The notes under the pieces were generated by a model. It was not told where the DNA came from. It searched no databases and saw only the letters and a list, made by a program, of their open reading frames with translations. DNA of 64,000 bases from positions 822,954 through 886,953 of the forward strand of contig KV454014.1 in the NCBI GenBank assembly GCA_001661245.1, given 5' to 3'. Positions 22,699 to 35,106 of the stretch are shown in pieces; position 1 is the first letter of the stretch; every line of letters starts with the position of its first letter. Source of the DNA: Pachysolen tannophilus NRRL Y-2460. Taxonomy: Eukaryota. A program made the position numbers and the translations under genes.

Positions 22699-24085
22699 TT
22701 TCTCTTCTTTTATATAAAAATATATATTTATATTCTATATTTTATACTCTATATATTTATTAATATATATACAATTTGAAGCTTTAATAAATTTATGTCT
22801 AGTCTTCGTTCATTCTTTTAAAAACCTTAAACGTTGCTCTTTAGGTTCGTTCATAAAGGAAAAAAGAAAAGTTTCGCGACTACAAAAGACTTTGAAACTT
22901 GAAATACAAGAAAAATGCCAGTGGTTCCGAAAACCATAAAGAATACAGTTAATCCAACAGATTTATAAGTAGAAGCCAGTTTCCGAAAAATCTTGCTAAT
23001 GGACAGTATTTTCAAAAAGTAGCAAACAGGGGAGGGAAAAGAAAAGGGAGACCAAAAAAAAATAACCTTATATATATATATATATATTTATATATTTACC
23101 TATTGATTTATTTATATGACTATTCATTCTTTGAATCATTGAATTATGGAGTGAAAAACTTGATATATATATGTTTAAACTTGATTATCTGGAGTGAAAA
23201 ATGTATTTCCAAATAATATGTGGATATGCGAAAATCTGCAAAAATATGCATGCGAGGCATATAACGTCAACATTACGTGTGATGCTAAGAGCATAAATGT
23301 CAGAGGTAGTGCAGCAAGAAAAACTCCAAATCAGGAAAAAATTGATGACTAGATTAATCTCGGGCTTGTAGATGGATAAAGAGAAAAAACTAATTGAAAA
23401 ATTACACCCATCTTCTCCCGAGTCAAGATGAAAAATGTTAATACAATTGTTTATGATTTCTCGGACTTTTTAAAATTTTTTTTTTTAGCTCGCTTTTTCG
23501 TTATTTCCTCTTTAGGAAACTTCTATTTTTCTTTCTTTTTAACTATTATTTTCACTGGTTTGAAGGATAAGATAGAATAAAAGAGATATAATTAACGATA
23601 ATGACAGCTAATTGTAAATTGTAAATTGTAATCTCATTAGTATATGATACATGGTCTGTATAGCCTTAAGTAATTTTTTCTTTTTTTCTTTTTTCTTTTT
23701 TGCTTTTTTCCCTTAGTAAAGAATTTTATTACTATCCTATTGGGCGAGCATTTTTATTTTATATTCTTTGCTTGACTTGTCCTTTCGTTCGTCATCTTCT
23801 GTACATAAATAATATTATTTAACTAGAATAGCGTACAGAAAAATATAAACTCACACAGACACACAGACTTTTCTTTGATGAGTCAGATTTAAAGAAAGAT
23901 AGATAAATAAATAAAAAAAATTTTTATTCTTTTTTTTATTTTTATTTTCTTTTTTTTAGCTTCCGTTAACCGATAATATACTTTCTCTTTATAAGAATGA
24001 ATATAAATAATTGGTAAATAAATGATTTACAATTTGAGTTAATGTTATTAATGTTTGAACATTTTTAACATCTCCAAGCCAGAAG

Positions 24086-24745
24086 ATGACTTCAACACAA
24101 CACCCAAAATATACTTTATCGAAACAATCAAGTCTTGACGAATTTTTAAATGAAAATAAAAAATTTGCAGATGATTTAAAAGAACAGCATCCAGATATTG
24201 TTGCTGCTACTGCAAAAAAGCAAACTCCACATACTTTATGGGTTGGTTGCTCTGATTCTAGATATTCTGAAAAATGTTTAAATGTATTACCTGGTGAAGT
24301 TTTCACTTTAAGAAATATTGCTAATGTTATTGCTTCACATGATATTTCTTCAGCAGGAGCTATTCAATTTGCAATTGAAGCTCTTAATGTTAAAAAAATT
24401 GTTGTTTGTGGTCATACAGATTGTGGTGGTATTTGGGCTTCTTTAGGTAAAAATAAAATTGGGGGTGTATTAGATCAATGGTTATATCCAGTTAGACAAC
24501 TTAGAGCTCAAAATTTAGAAGAATTAGAAAAAATTGAAGATCCTGATTTAAAATGTCGTAAATTATCTGAATTAAACGTTATTAATTCTGTCCATATGTT
24601 AAAAAGACATCCAAGTGCTGTTAATGCATTGAAAAAGGGTGAAATAGAAGTTTACGGATTAATGTATGATGTTAGTAGTGGACTCTTGGAAGAAATTAAA
24701 ATTCCTGAAGATACATACCATAGCGTTTTCAATGTTGAAGGCTGA
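24086..24745 (+). CDS. NCE103: Beta-class carbonic anhydrase
   Basis: GCSDSR, PGEVFTLRNIAN and VCGHTDCGG Zn-ligand motifs. Confidence 0.95.
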   Translation: MTSTQHPKYTLSKQSSLDEFLNENKKFADDLKEQHPDIVAATAKKQTPHTLWVGCSDSRYSEKCLNVLPGEVFTLRNIANVIASHDISSAGAIQFAIEALNVKKIVVCGHTDCGGIWASLGKNKIGGVLDQWLYPVRQLRAQNLEELEKIEDPDLKCRKLSELNVINSVHMLKRHPSAVNALKKGEIEVYGLMYDVSSGLLEEIKIPEDTYHSVFNVEG

Positions 24746-24993
24746 AAAGAAAAAAAGAAAAAGAAAAAAAAAAAAAACTATTATTATATAGAGACCTGGC
24801 ATTTCTTTGATAGAGAGCGTGTAGTGGTAGTACATATACACACATTCATTCATTTATTCATTCATACATACAATATTTATTCATATAGCTATTAATTATA
24901 AAATATATTTAAGACAAAAGAGAGAAACGTAACTTTACCAAAAAAAAAAACTAAAAAAAACTACTAATTTATTATATATTATTCTTATCCTTG

Positions 24994-25995
24994 TTATTTT
25001 CTTGATCTAAGGTTCTTGTTCTTTGACTTGGATTCAGTTTTAACTTCTTCAGTCTCAGCTTCAACTTTTGGTTCAACATTTAAAGTGATTCCCCAGATTT
25101 GTTTTTTAACACCGAAAAAATATCCAGCAACTCTACCATCTTCTAAATCGTTGCTTTCAATTAATTTCCAACCTAAATTTTTTAACATTTTTTGTAAAGT
25201 TGTTTCAAATGAAAATATTTCAAAATAAATCTTTAAAGATTTTCCATTTATAACACCATGATTATGATGATTTAAATATAATTCTCTAGCCCTAGAGTAA
25301 GCCCAATTAATCAAATCTTCTTGTAAACCAGCATCTGCATAAACTCTACGAATACTTAAACCTTTAATACTAACCACATATTGTTCATCATTTGAATGTT
25401 CTAAATCTGGTTGTAATGCAATAACACCTATAGGTTTTTCTCTATAAACAATTAATTGTGTATTTTTACCTTCTTCTAAATTTTGAAGATATTCTTCTAA
25501 TTCTTGCTTTTTCAATTGTTTTTTGGTTTTTTTAAATTCTTCAACATTATCAGCAAGTGCAGCAAATTTCATTAAATCAACACCAAAAAATTCTTTAGAA
25601 TTTGTTAAAACATCATCAGCATGTTTTTTCAAAAAATAAGAAAACATACTACCAGCTGTAAAACAAAAAACAGTAGCTGATATAAAGAAAAACCCCACAT
25701 AAACAAGTTCATATATAAATGAACTATTATGGATTAATGCTCCAAAAGATTGATATTGAATATAGTCATTTAATTGAATATACGAATAGATCGAAACAGT
25801 AGATAAAATAATTGTCCACATCTTTAAAGACCAAAAAATTGATTTATTTAAATCTGATTGTAAAGTTCTTCTATAATCAATCAATAAGTTTAAAGCCGCT
25901 TGTGATAAAGATGGAGTTAATTTGGAAGCATAAATCCTTGGAGTCACAGTATGATCAATCGGATCAACTAACGACTCATCTTTTTGGATTGCCAT
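24994..25995 (-). CDS. PHO86: ER packaging chaperone for the phosphate transporter
   Basis: N-terminal DPID..PRIY...LTP...QAALNL, two TM helices, TQLIVYREKPIGVI, IRRVYADAGLQEDLINWA. Confidence 0.8.
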   Translation of the reverse strand: MAIQKDESLVDPIDHTVTPRIYASKLTPSLSQAALNLLIDYRRTLQSDLNKSIFWSLKMWTIILSTVSIYSYIQLNDYIQYQSFGALIHNSSFIYELVYVGFFFISATVFCFTAGSMFSYFLKKHADDVLTNSKEFFGVDLMKFAALADNVEEFKKTKKQLKKQELEEYLQNLEEGKNTQLIVYREKPIGVIALQPDLEHSNDEQYVVSIKGLSIRRVYADAGLQEDLINWAYSRARELYLNHHNHGVINGKSLKIYFEIFSFETTLQKMLKNLGWKLIESNDLEDGRVAGYFFGVKKQIWGITLNVEPKVEAETEEVKTESKSKNKNLRSRK

Positions 25996-26410
25996 GTTGA
26001 CTCAACAAGATTATATATATATATATATATATTTATCTATATAAATATATATTAAAATAAAATTTATTGGAAATAAAATTATAGATTTGTTAATAGAAAT
26101 TTTAAATCTTTTTTATATATACTTTAACTAGATTATATAATAATGTCCTGAAAAATTTAGAAATTTTTTTTTTTTCTTTTTTTTCTTTTTTTTTGCAAAA
26201 AAAACGTGGGTTAAAACTTAAGCGAATTTGAACGGTATTAAAGAAAAAAATTTTTTTTTTTATCTTAAATCGGTTTCTTTCTATACAATTGTTGCCAAAG
26301 AAAGAAAAAAAAAATTAAAAAACACAAAAAAAAAAAAAAACGATAGCATATGATTTTTGCAATATGTGCAATTTTTCAATTTTTCATTTTTTTTATATTT
26401 CATTATTTGC

Positions 26411-27828
26411 TTATATCACTAATGCTCCACCACCTCTTTTGTAATAATTTTTGTTTCTTAGCCTTCTTTTTTCTAATTGTGCTCTAACTATAATACTTAT
26501 GATATATAATACAATTAGGCATAAAATTATTAAAAAGAAAGTTTTAATCAAATGCCAAACCCATCCAAAGAAATTACCGTGTCTACCATATTTTTTTTCA
26601 TTTTCTAGAGCTATTTTTTTTTTCAATCTTTGTTCCAGTTTTTTCAATCTTATTAAACTTCTTCTTTTTTATTTTTATTTCTATTTCTACGACGACGGCT
26701 ACGTCTATTACGACTTATAGTGGATTGATCATCTTCTTCTTGTTCTTCTGTATCATCCTCATCCTCTATATTATTATCATCACTATCAGTTTTTCCTTGA
26801 ATTTGACCATTTGTTTCTTCTTCTTTCCCATATAATTTTTCTAAATTACTACCAATTTGCTCTAAAGATTTAATAGTATTCATATTTTCATCAAATAAAC
26901 CATATGTTGCAATATTGAAAATATCAACATTATGTGAAAGTTCTCCAGTTTGAGCACTTAAACCAATATAAGGATTTTCAGGTAATATTATTGAATCATG
27001 AATGGTAAAACAATTTTTCCAACTACCAGTATTTCTAATATCAAAATCAACAGATAAATATCCAGTTTCTCTAATATATATTAATCTTAATTTGGATAAT
27101 CCACCTCTAGCATTATAAAGACCATCAACAGAACATCCAGCCAACTCTGTATCTGCCCCATCATTATCTCTATTATAAAAAATTTTACCATCATTTACTT
27201 GTAATGAAACATATGGGAAAGCTCTTGATCTTGTACTCTTATCATTACTATTACGGTAAGAATCAATGAAAAGCCCCAATCCTTTGAAAAAATTAGAGGC
27301 TCCGAAAACTTCACCATCTAAATTTAATGGATTCTCAGTTAACCATAAAGCTAAACCATCTCCGTAAAGTCCATTTCTAACAGCTTTACCATTCATTGAA
27401 AATTCTAATTCCAATTCAAAAGATGAAGTTTGTGATTTTGAAATTGGATTTTTACTGAAAATAGAACCTATTTGATTAGGTTTATCAGAAACCAAGCGAA
27501 TTTTATCTTGATTTATTAATACTTGACCCTTATTTACAAAATTAATTAATTCTAAAGTATTTGGATGCATAAATGGTTTTACTAAATTGATATTAGATAA
27601 TTCCACTCTTTTAATCTCAAACTCATTTTGATCTGAATAAGTATCCCCTTTCAAAATCTCATTTAATTCTTCATTAGAATATGAATCTTTTAAAGATGAT
27701 GATGATGAAGAAGATAATAATGAATCAGATGATGACCTAAAAAACAAAAAATATACAACAAAAACCCCAAATACCCCTAAAGCAACCTGTAACCTTCTAG
27801 ATTTTTGAACCGTCTTTTCAGAAAACAT
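26411..27828 (-). CDS. L-type (legume-like) lectin membrane protein, Uip5/VIP36/Emp47 family, with an apparent -1 frameshift at 26665-26670
   Basis: LYGDGLALWLT, GLGLFIDSYRN, PYIGLSAQTGELSHNVDI. The C-terminal TM helix lies in the downstream frame (26411-26647). ATG at 27828. Confidence 0.82.
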
Positions 27829-28453
27829 CTTGATGATCCTAACCGGTTCCTCCAAAAATCATCAAAAATATCATTTAAAACTTTCCCACCATGAATAATT
27901 TAAAAAAAAATTAATAAAAAAAAAAAAATGCTTTGCAATTTTTCGAAACAGAAAATTCGCGAACAATTTTTGAAGTCGGAAAAAAAGAAAAAAAAGAAAA
28001 AAAAGAAAAAGAAAAATCTGCCATTTAAAATTAATAATGTGTCGGGTCAATAATCTGTGTTTAGATAAGGGAAATCTATTAAAGATATGTAAATGTAGTA
28101 GTAGTAGTAGTAGTTTTACTATTACCTATTACTGTTACTATTACAAATATATAACTAATAAAAGTTCTCTTTTATGAGATGAATCAATAAATTATTAATA
28201 GATTAATTAGTTGCAAATACAGCGGTAGTTTAATAAAAGAAGCTGGTTCTTTTTTTATTTTTTTTTTATTTTTTATTTTTTTATTTTTATTTTTTGTTTG
28301 TTTGTTTGTTTGATGTGTATTTTTCCTTTTTAGTGTTAATTTCCCTTATATACATGCATGTACTGATAGCAGATATTATTTCATATAAATTCATTTGAGT
28401 TTTCTTTCCATTATATATTTGGGTGCTAAATAAATTAGTTTTGGGATAGAGAG

Positions 28454-30051
28454 ATGAAGGTGATAAGTTTATGTGATGGTTTATGTAAGCTTATTGTGAT
28501 AGCGTGGTTGTTGGTACTTGTCGATTGTCAATTACCAATACCGATACAATTAACTACTGTTAAAGATTTTGTATTATTTGGAAAGGATGATGATGATAAT
28601 TTTTTTTTAAAAATATTGAAAAATGGGGTTTCAAAAAAAAATTATAAATTTTTGGAAGATGATGATGCATTTGAAGAATGGATTGAAAAAGAAAAAAATT
28701 ATTGTTTTCAAGGTATATTAAATAATATTGGTGGTATGGGTAAATTTAATCTGAGTAATGGTGTCTTGGAAGGAGTTGTTATTGCTTCTCCTTCTCGTTC
28801 GGATCCTGATTATTTTTATCAATGGGTTAGAGATGCTGCTTTAGCAGTGAATTCTTTGGTTGAATATTTGGATGATAATGGAATTGATAATGATGATTAT
28901 AAATTATCTAGTATAATTGAATCATATGTTGAAAATTCATATAATTTACAAAGAATAACAAATCCTTCTGGTGGATTTGAAGATTTAAGTGGATTAGGTG
29001 AACCAAAATTTTTAACAAATAATACTCCATTTTCAGAAAATTGGGGGAGACCTCAAAATGATGGTCCTGCTTTAAGAATTTTAACAATTTCAAATTTTTT
29101 AAAAATATTAAATAAATATAATTCGAAATTAACTCGATTTCCAAATGAAAAATATATTTATGAAAATATTTTGAAAAATGATTTAAAATTTATTTTATTA
29201 AATTGGAATGAAGATAGTTTTGATTTATGGGAAGAAATTTATTCAAAACATTTATTTACAAGTTTAACACAATTAAAAGCACTTCAAATTGGTTTAAAAT
29301 TAGCTAATTTTTTCAATGATCAAGATTTTTATAATGAATTATCAATAGGTTTCACCCAATTAAAAGCTTTTCTTCAAGCTGGTGGATTTGAATCATCAGC
29401 AGCTCCATATTTAATTGAAACTCCTTCTTTATTTTTCAAAAATGCTAGAAAAGGATTGGATATTGCAACCATATTAGCATCATTAAGATCTCATGATATC
29501 ACCTCCATAGAAGATGTATCAGATATACCATACGATATAAGTGATCCATATCTTTTAAATACTTTTACTGCATTGGTCAATGACATGAAGTATAGATATC
29601 CAATAAATCATCAACGAATAAAATTTGGAACAATTGGTTTTGGATTAGGTAGATACCCTGAAGATGTCTATAATGGAGTCGGTTATGGTGAGGGAAATCC
29701 ATGGTTCTTAGCAACTGCAACTGCAGCAGAATTCTTATATAAATTGATTTTCCAACTACATTATGAAAAAAAAATTTAATCATCTCAAACAATAATTTTA
29801 TAATACCTTTTAATTCACCACAATTTAGAGATTTTTCATCATCAGTAGTGAAATATGCAGATTCATTTCTAGACGTTGTCAGAGAACATGTTGACGGCCA
29901 AGGTAGTATGAGTGAACAATTCAACAAATATACAGGATATATGGAAGGTGCAGATGATCTAACTTGGAGTTATGGTGCAACTTGGGGTTCAATTAGATGG
30001 AGAAATAAAGTATTAGACATAATGAACACAACAGGGGCGATGGCAACCTAA
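28454..30051 (+). CDS. SGA1: GH15 glucoamylase (Sga1-like), with an apparent -1 frameshift at A-run 29766-29774
   Basis: Signal peptide, IASPSRSDPDYFYQWVRDAA, GLGEPKF, WGRPQNDGPALR, FDLWEE, GRYPEDVY, GNPWFLAT. Downstream frame carries SEQFNKYTG and LTWSY. Confidence 0.85.
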
Positions 30052-30339
30052 CATTTTTGGGGTTTTTTGGGGTTTTTTTGTTTTTTTTTGGGGCGTTTTT
30101 AAATTTTTTGGTTCTTCCGTTTAGCGAAGAGACTTTAAAAAAAAATGAAAAAAATAAAAAAAAAAAAAAAAAAAAAAAAAAAGTGAAAAAAAGTGAAAAA
30201 TTCGGTTCCGAAAAAGTGTTTAAAAACTATGGAAAAAATCAACTTTTCTCACATATAATATATATATATATAAAATTGTATACCCATTAATACTTTGCTA
30301 CATTAAAGTTATAACACTTCAATTAGTATTAGTATAGAG

Positions 30340-30370
<31 letters not shown>

Positions 30371-30405
30371 TCTTAAGTAATTAATTGTACAATTAGCAAT
30401 TAAAG

Positions 30406-30453
30406 ATGTTCTCAAGTATTGCCAAGAGAGTAAGTTAAACGGGGAAGAAATTG

Positions 30454-30487
<34 letters not shown>

Positions 30488-31640
30488 GTTTAATCAGAGC
30501 AATAATTTTTAGATAATTTTTTACTAACTAAATTTTTTTTTTTTGGAAAATTTATAGAATTTAACTCAGTCTTTGAAAACAAGATCCTTTGCATCAGTTG
30601 CTTCAACTGATCTGGGTTTACCAAAGAAGTATGGGGGTAAGTACACTGTTACTTTAATTCCAGGTGATGGTGTTGGTAAAGAAATTACAAGTTCTGTTCA
30701 AGAAATTTTCAAAAATGTTGGTGTACCAGTTGAATTTGAAAAAATTGATGTTAGTGGTTTACCATCAGATGGTAAGAAAGCTGATCAAATTACTGAAGCT
30801 GTTGAATCGTTAAAGAGAAACAAAATTGGTTTAAAAGGTATACTTTATACTCCAAATGATGCAATTAACAAATCTTTAAATGTTGCTTTAAGAAAAGAAT
30901 TGGATATTTTTGCTTCATTAGTTTTGATTAAAAATATTCCAGGTGTTGACACCAAATTGAAAGATATTGATTTTGTACTTGTTAGAGAAAACACTGAGGG
31001 TGAATATTCTGGTTTAGAACATCAATCTGTTCCAGGTGTTGTTGAATCTTTAAAGATTGTTACAAAATACAAGACTGAAAGAATTGCAAGATTTGCATTT
31101 GATTTTGCTTTAAAAAATGATAGAAAATTAGTTACAGCAATCCACAAGGCCAACATTATGAAACTTGCTGATGGTCTTTTTAGACAAACAGTTAAAGACA
31201 TAGGTGCTTCTGAGTACCCACAAATTGAAGTTAAAGATATGATTGTTGATAACTCATCTATGCAAGCTGTTTCATGGCCACAACAATTTGATATCATGGT
31301 TACTCCAAACTTGTACGGTTCCATCTTATCAAACATTGGTGCTGCTTTAGTTGGTGGTCCAGGTTTAGTTCCAGGTGCAAACTTTGGTAGAGAACATGCT
31401 GTTTTCGAACCAGGTTGTAGACACGTTGGTTTAGATATCAAGGACAAAAACGTTGCTAACCCAACTGCAATGATCTTATCTTCAACCATGATGTTGAGAC
31501 ATTTAGGCTTAAACAGCTACGCAGATGTTATTTCTCAAGCAACTTATGATGTATTAAAAGAAGGTAAGATCAGAACCCCAGATATCGGTGGTAACTCAAC
31601 TACAACAGAGTTCACCAAAGCTATCTTAAGTAAATTATAA
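30406..31640 (+). CDS. IDH1: Mitochondrial NAD-dependent isocitrate dehydrogenase subunit 1. Exons 30406-30429 and 30558-31640
   Basis: Spliced presequence MFSSIAKR|NLTQSLKTRSF. LPKKYGGKYTVTLIPGDGVG, FEPGCRHVGLDI. Confidence 0.95.
30430..30557 (+). other. Spliceosomal intron of IDH1 (128 nt)
   Basis: GTAAGT...TACTAAC (30522-30528)...TATAG, with an in-frame join. Confidence 0.93.
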
Positions 31641-31677
31641 GTGTGTTGATGTATTTTTTTTTTTTTTTTAATTTTTT

Positions 31678-31961
31678 NNNNNNNNNNNNNNNNNNNNNNN
31701 NNNNNNNNNNNNNNNNNNNNNNNNNNNNNNNNNNNNNNNNNNNNNNNNNNNNNNNNNNNNNNNNNNNNNNNNNNNNNNNNNNNNNNNNNNNNNNNNNNNN
31801 NNNNNNNNNNNNNNNNNNNNNNNNNNNNNNNNNNNNNNNNNNNNNNNNNNNNNNNNNNNNNNNNNNNNNNNNNNNNNNNNNNNNNNNNNNNNNNNNNNNN
31901 NNNNNNNNNNNNNNNNNNNNNNNNNNNNNNNNNNNNNNNNNNNNNNNNNNNNNNNNNNNNN
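31678..31961. other. Assembly gap (N run)
   Basis: Ns flanked by homopolymers. Confidence 1.
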
Positions 31962-32557
31962 AAAAAAAAAAAAAAAAAGTTTTAAAAAGAAAAAGATGAA
32001 AAATAGAAAACCCATTATTTAAATAAAATGAAAAAAAAAAGAAACCAAATTAAATATTATATTCCTTAACTCTTTACTTTATTTTTATTTTTATTTTTAT
32101 TTTTTATTTTATTTTTTTTTATTTTTTCTTCTTCTTCTTTCTATTATTATTATCATTAGATTATACAGTTAATTTATAACCTTTATCATTATTATTTTTA
32201 ATGTCTTTTTTTTTAAACTGACTGATTCAATAAATTATTATAATTTGTAACTTGTCTTTAATACCCATTATCCGTAATGATAAGACAAGAAGAAGGTGAT
32301 GATAATGATGATACATTTTAAAGATGGAAGAAAAAAGGGTAGTGCAGCGCTAGCCCAATCGATCCAAATTTGGTCTTCACGTATTTAATTGAAATCCTAC
32401 CTGAGAGAGAGAGAAAGAGATAATTTTCCCTTCTTCCCATAATAATAATAATAATAATAATTATATGACTATTACTAAATTACTAAATTACTAAATTGTA
32501 GATTAATTTGATGAATTAATTGTGGTGATTATTATATTATTATATAAAGATTTCAAA

Positions 32558-34936
32558 ATGAGTCTGATGAATCTGAGGAATAATAATAAGTATTTTCATT
32601 CTTTGGATATTCATTTATTATTATTGAAATCATCTTTTAAGATTCCTTTAGAAGTTATAAAACAAAATTTTAGGTCTTTAACAAAATTAATTGAGAAACA
32701 AAATCAAACTTTATTACTTAATATTAATAAATTAGTATTGGTAGATTCTAAATCAGAGAAATTAAATTCTTTACATAAGATTGTTAAAAATTATGAATTA
32801 TTTTTAACAAATTTGAAAAAAAAAATTGATGAACATAATGAATTTGTATCAAGAATTGAAACAAGGTTTAAAAAATTACAAGAATTAGAAGAATTAGAAT
32901 CAAATTTTTCTAAAAATAAAGATGATATTAATCCAATGTCACCAGAATTACTCAATTGGCATAGAGATCAAATTAATTTATTGATAAATAATTATTTATT
33001 AAGATCAAATGATTTTAAAGAAGATGAACCAAATAGTGGGTTACAATTAATTTATGATTTAAATTTTAATAAATTGATTGATTATGATGTTATAATAAAT
33101 GGATTAAAAATATATCAAAGAATTAAAAATAATAAAGATTTAAGTGTTTTGATTGAATGGTGTAATGAAAATAAAAAAAATTTGAAAACTATGTCAAATA
33201 ATAGTTATAATTTAGAATTTGAAACTTATTATCAAAAATTTATTGAATTAATTAAAAATAATGAAATTTTTAAAGGTTTAGAAATTGCAAAGAAAATCTT
33301 AATTAATGATGATAGTTTGATTTATAGAAATGGGAAATCGTCTATAGGTACAACAACAGGTATTAATTCAAATGGAATTCGTGATGGCAAAAATTTTACT
33401 AAAAAGGCTAGTAACATTATTGGAAACAATTTAGAAAGGTTAACTGAAATATCAGGATTGATCTTGTACAGCGCGGTTGATACACATCAGATGTTAGAGC
33501 AGGAACAAGATGATGATGACGATGATGACAACGACGCTGTTGATGGTGTTGACGATGATGATGATGATGTATCAACAAATTTAATGGATGTCGATGACCC
33601 GTTATCATATTATGATCAATCATTAAATCCTTCAATTAAGTTTAACAGAAATTTTAACCAAAATTATGAAAAATTGTTATCAAAGGATAAATGGAATAAA
33701 TTACTGAATTTTTTCCTATATTCATATAATTCTATTTATGGTATTGAACAAAATTTAGAATTTTTAATAATGTTAAGTATTGGTATTTCATCTTTGAAAA
33801 CTAAAAGTTGTTATCATGATATTTATAGCAAAAGTGGTACTAGCGGTAATGGAAACAATGATATTGAAAATAAGGAAGACGCTAACGAAAAGGACGTTGA
33901 TGATAGAATAGATTTTAAACAGTTTATCCCTGCACCTAGAGCTGGTAATGCTTATAGTACCGGTGGTTTGTTAAAACATAAGAAAGCTGGAAATTGTGGC
34001 AAAAATAGTACCTATAACGGTAATAACAGTAGTAATACTAATAACGATTTGTTGGTAAACTATACGAATAATTGTCCCATATGTTCTTTAGAGTTAACAA
34101 ATATTTCCAAATCTTTACCTTATTCTCATCAGATAATGTCGAATATTTTTGATAATCCAATCTTATTACCAAATGGAAATATTTATCAATTAGACAAGTT
34201 ATTGAAATTGAATGAAAGTTTATTGGGAAATTCAAATAACGTTTCATTAAATAATGTTTCTCTGACTAATAGTAATAATAAGAAGAAAAAAACTAAGAGC
34301 AGTGTTAGTATTGGTTATAATGATAAATATAAGAAAAATAGGATAAAGATTTATGGTAATAATAATAATCTTTTCTTTCAAGATTTAAAACAAATTTATT
34401 CAGAAGATGAATTGACGGATCTTGAAGAAGAAACTAATCAAAGACCACAACAACTGCTGCAAAATGATATAGATAGCGATGATGTTGATGAAGATTTTAG
34501 AGAATATGAAGCATCATCAGCTGGAGATTCATCTAATACGTCCACTTCTGAAGAAGATGATGATGATGATGAAGAAGAGGAAGAAGCTGAAGATGAAGAT
34601 AATGAAGATGAAGATGATGGTGGCGATGATGATGACGATCTGGATTATGGTGGCGAGTTTGATGAAGAGAATGAACAATACTGGAATGGAAGAAGAATAA
34701 ATAGATCTGTTGGTGAGAGACCCAGCAGATTATCTACGAACAGAAATGACATTACAAGGAATGGTATTAATCGTAGAAGTGTAAGTGGTAGTGGGAATGG
34801 GAAATTGGGTGGTGGCCTGGAGGGCACTGGCGATATATTTGACGAATTGAAATTATTGGGTAAGTTTAAATTAAAGGATCCTCTAAGTGGTGAGATATTT
34901 AATAGTAATGAGTTGGTTAGAGTTTTCCCAACTTGA
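32558..34936 (+). CDS. FYV10: GID/CTLH E3 ligase subunit Gid9/Fyv10 with long low-complexity insertions
   Basis: SFKIPLEVIKQNFRSLTKLIEKQ, LIEWCNENK, GISSLKTKSC, CPICS...LPYSH...PILLPNGNIY, DPLSGEIF...RVFPT. Confidence 0.85.
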   Translation: MSLMNLRNNNKYFHSLDIHLLLLKSSFKIPLEVIKQNFRSLTKLIEKQNQTLLLNINKLVLVDSKSEKLNSLHKIVKNYELFLTNLKKKIDEHNEFVSRIETRFKKLQELEELESNFSKNKDDINPMSPELLNWHRDQINLLINNYLLRSNDFKEDEPNSGLQLIYDLNFNKLIDYDVIINGLKIYQRIKNNKDLSVLIEWCNENKKNLKTMSNNSYNLEFETYYQKFIELIKNNEIFKGLEIAKKILINDDSLIYRNGKSSIGTTTGINSNGIRDGKNFTKKASNIIGNNLERLTEISGLILYSAVDTHQMLEQEQDDDDDDDNDAVDGVDDDDDDVSTNLMDVDDPLSYYDQSLNPSIKFNRNFNQNYEKLLSKDKWNKLLNFFLYSYNSIYGIEQNLEFLIMLSIGISSLKTKSCYHDIYSKSGTSGNGNNDIENKEDANEKDVDDRIDFKQFIPAPRAGNAYSTGGLLKHKKAGNCGKNSTYNGNNSSNTNNDLLVNYTNNCPICSLELTNISKSLPYSHQIMSNIFDNPILLPNGNIYQLDKLLKLNESLLGNSNNVSLNNVSLTNSNNKKKKTKSSVSIGYNDKYKKNRIKIYGNNNNLFFQDLKQIYSEDELTDLEEETNQRPQQLLQNDIDSDDVDEDFREYEASSAGDSSNTSTSEEDDDDDEEEEEAEDEDNEDEDDGGDDDDDLDYGGEFDEENEQYWNGRRINRSVGERPSRLSTNRNDITRNGINRRSVSGSGNGKLGGGLEGTGDIFDELKLLGKFKLKDPLSGEIFNSNELVRVFPT

Positions 34937-35106
34937 AGGATTGCATTTTTTTTTTTTTAATTTAATTATTATTATTAATATTACTATTTGGTATATAGAA
35001 TATGGCTTGAGTTTTTTTTTTTTTATTTTTTTTGGATATTTCTTTGTGTGGAGCTTTTCAAATTTATTTAATAGTATATATTTACAATGCTGGATGTTTA
35101 GTCTAT

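Noticed and set aside
5897..30051. Calling NAP1, the lectin and the glucoamylase pseudogenes
   Set aside because: Each has a single indel in an A-run and otherwise intact motifs, so assembly error is more parsimonious.
31022..31489. Antisense or alternate-frame ORFs overlapping real genes (IDH1, URA2, APM4, RIM15 and others)
   Set aside because: Shadows of codon bias with no independent protein features.
31643..32015. ORFs spanning the N gap
   Set aside because: Artefacts of ambiguous bases.
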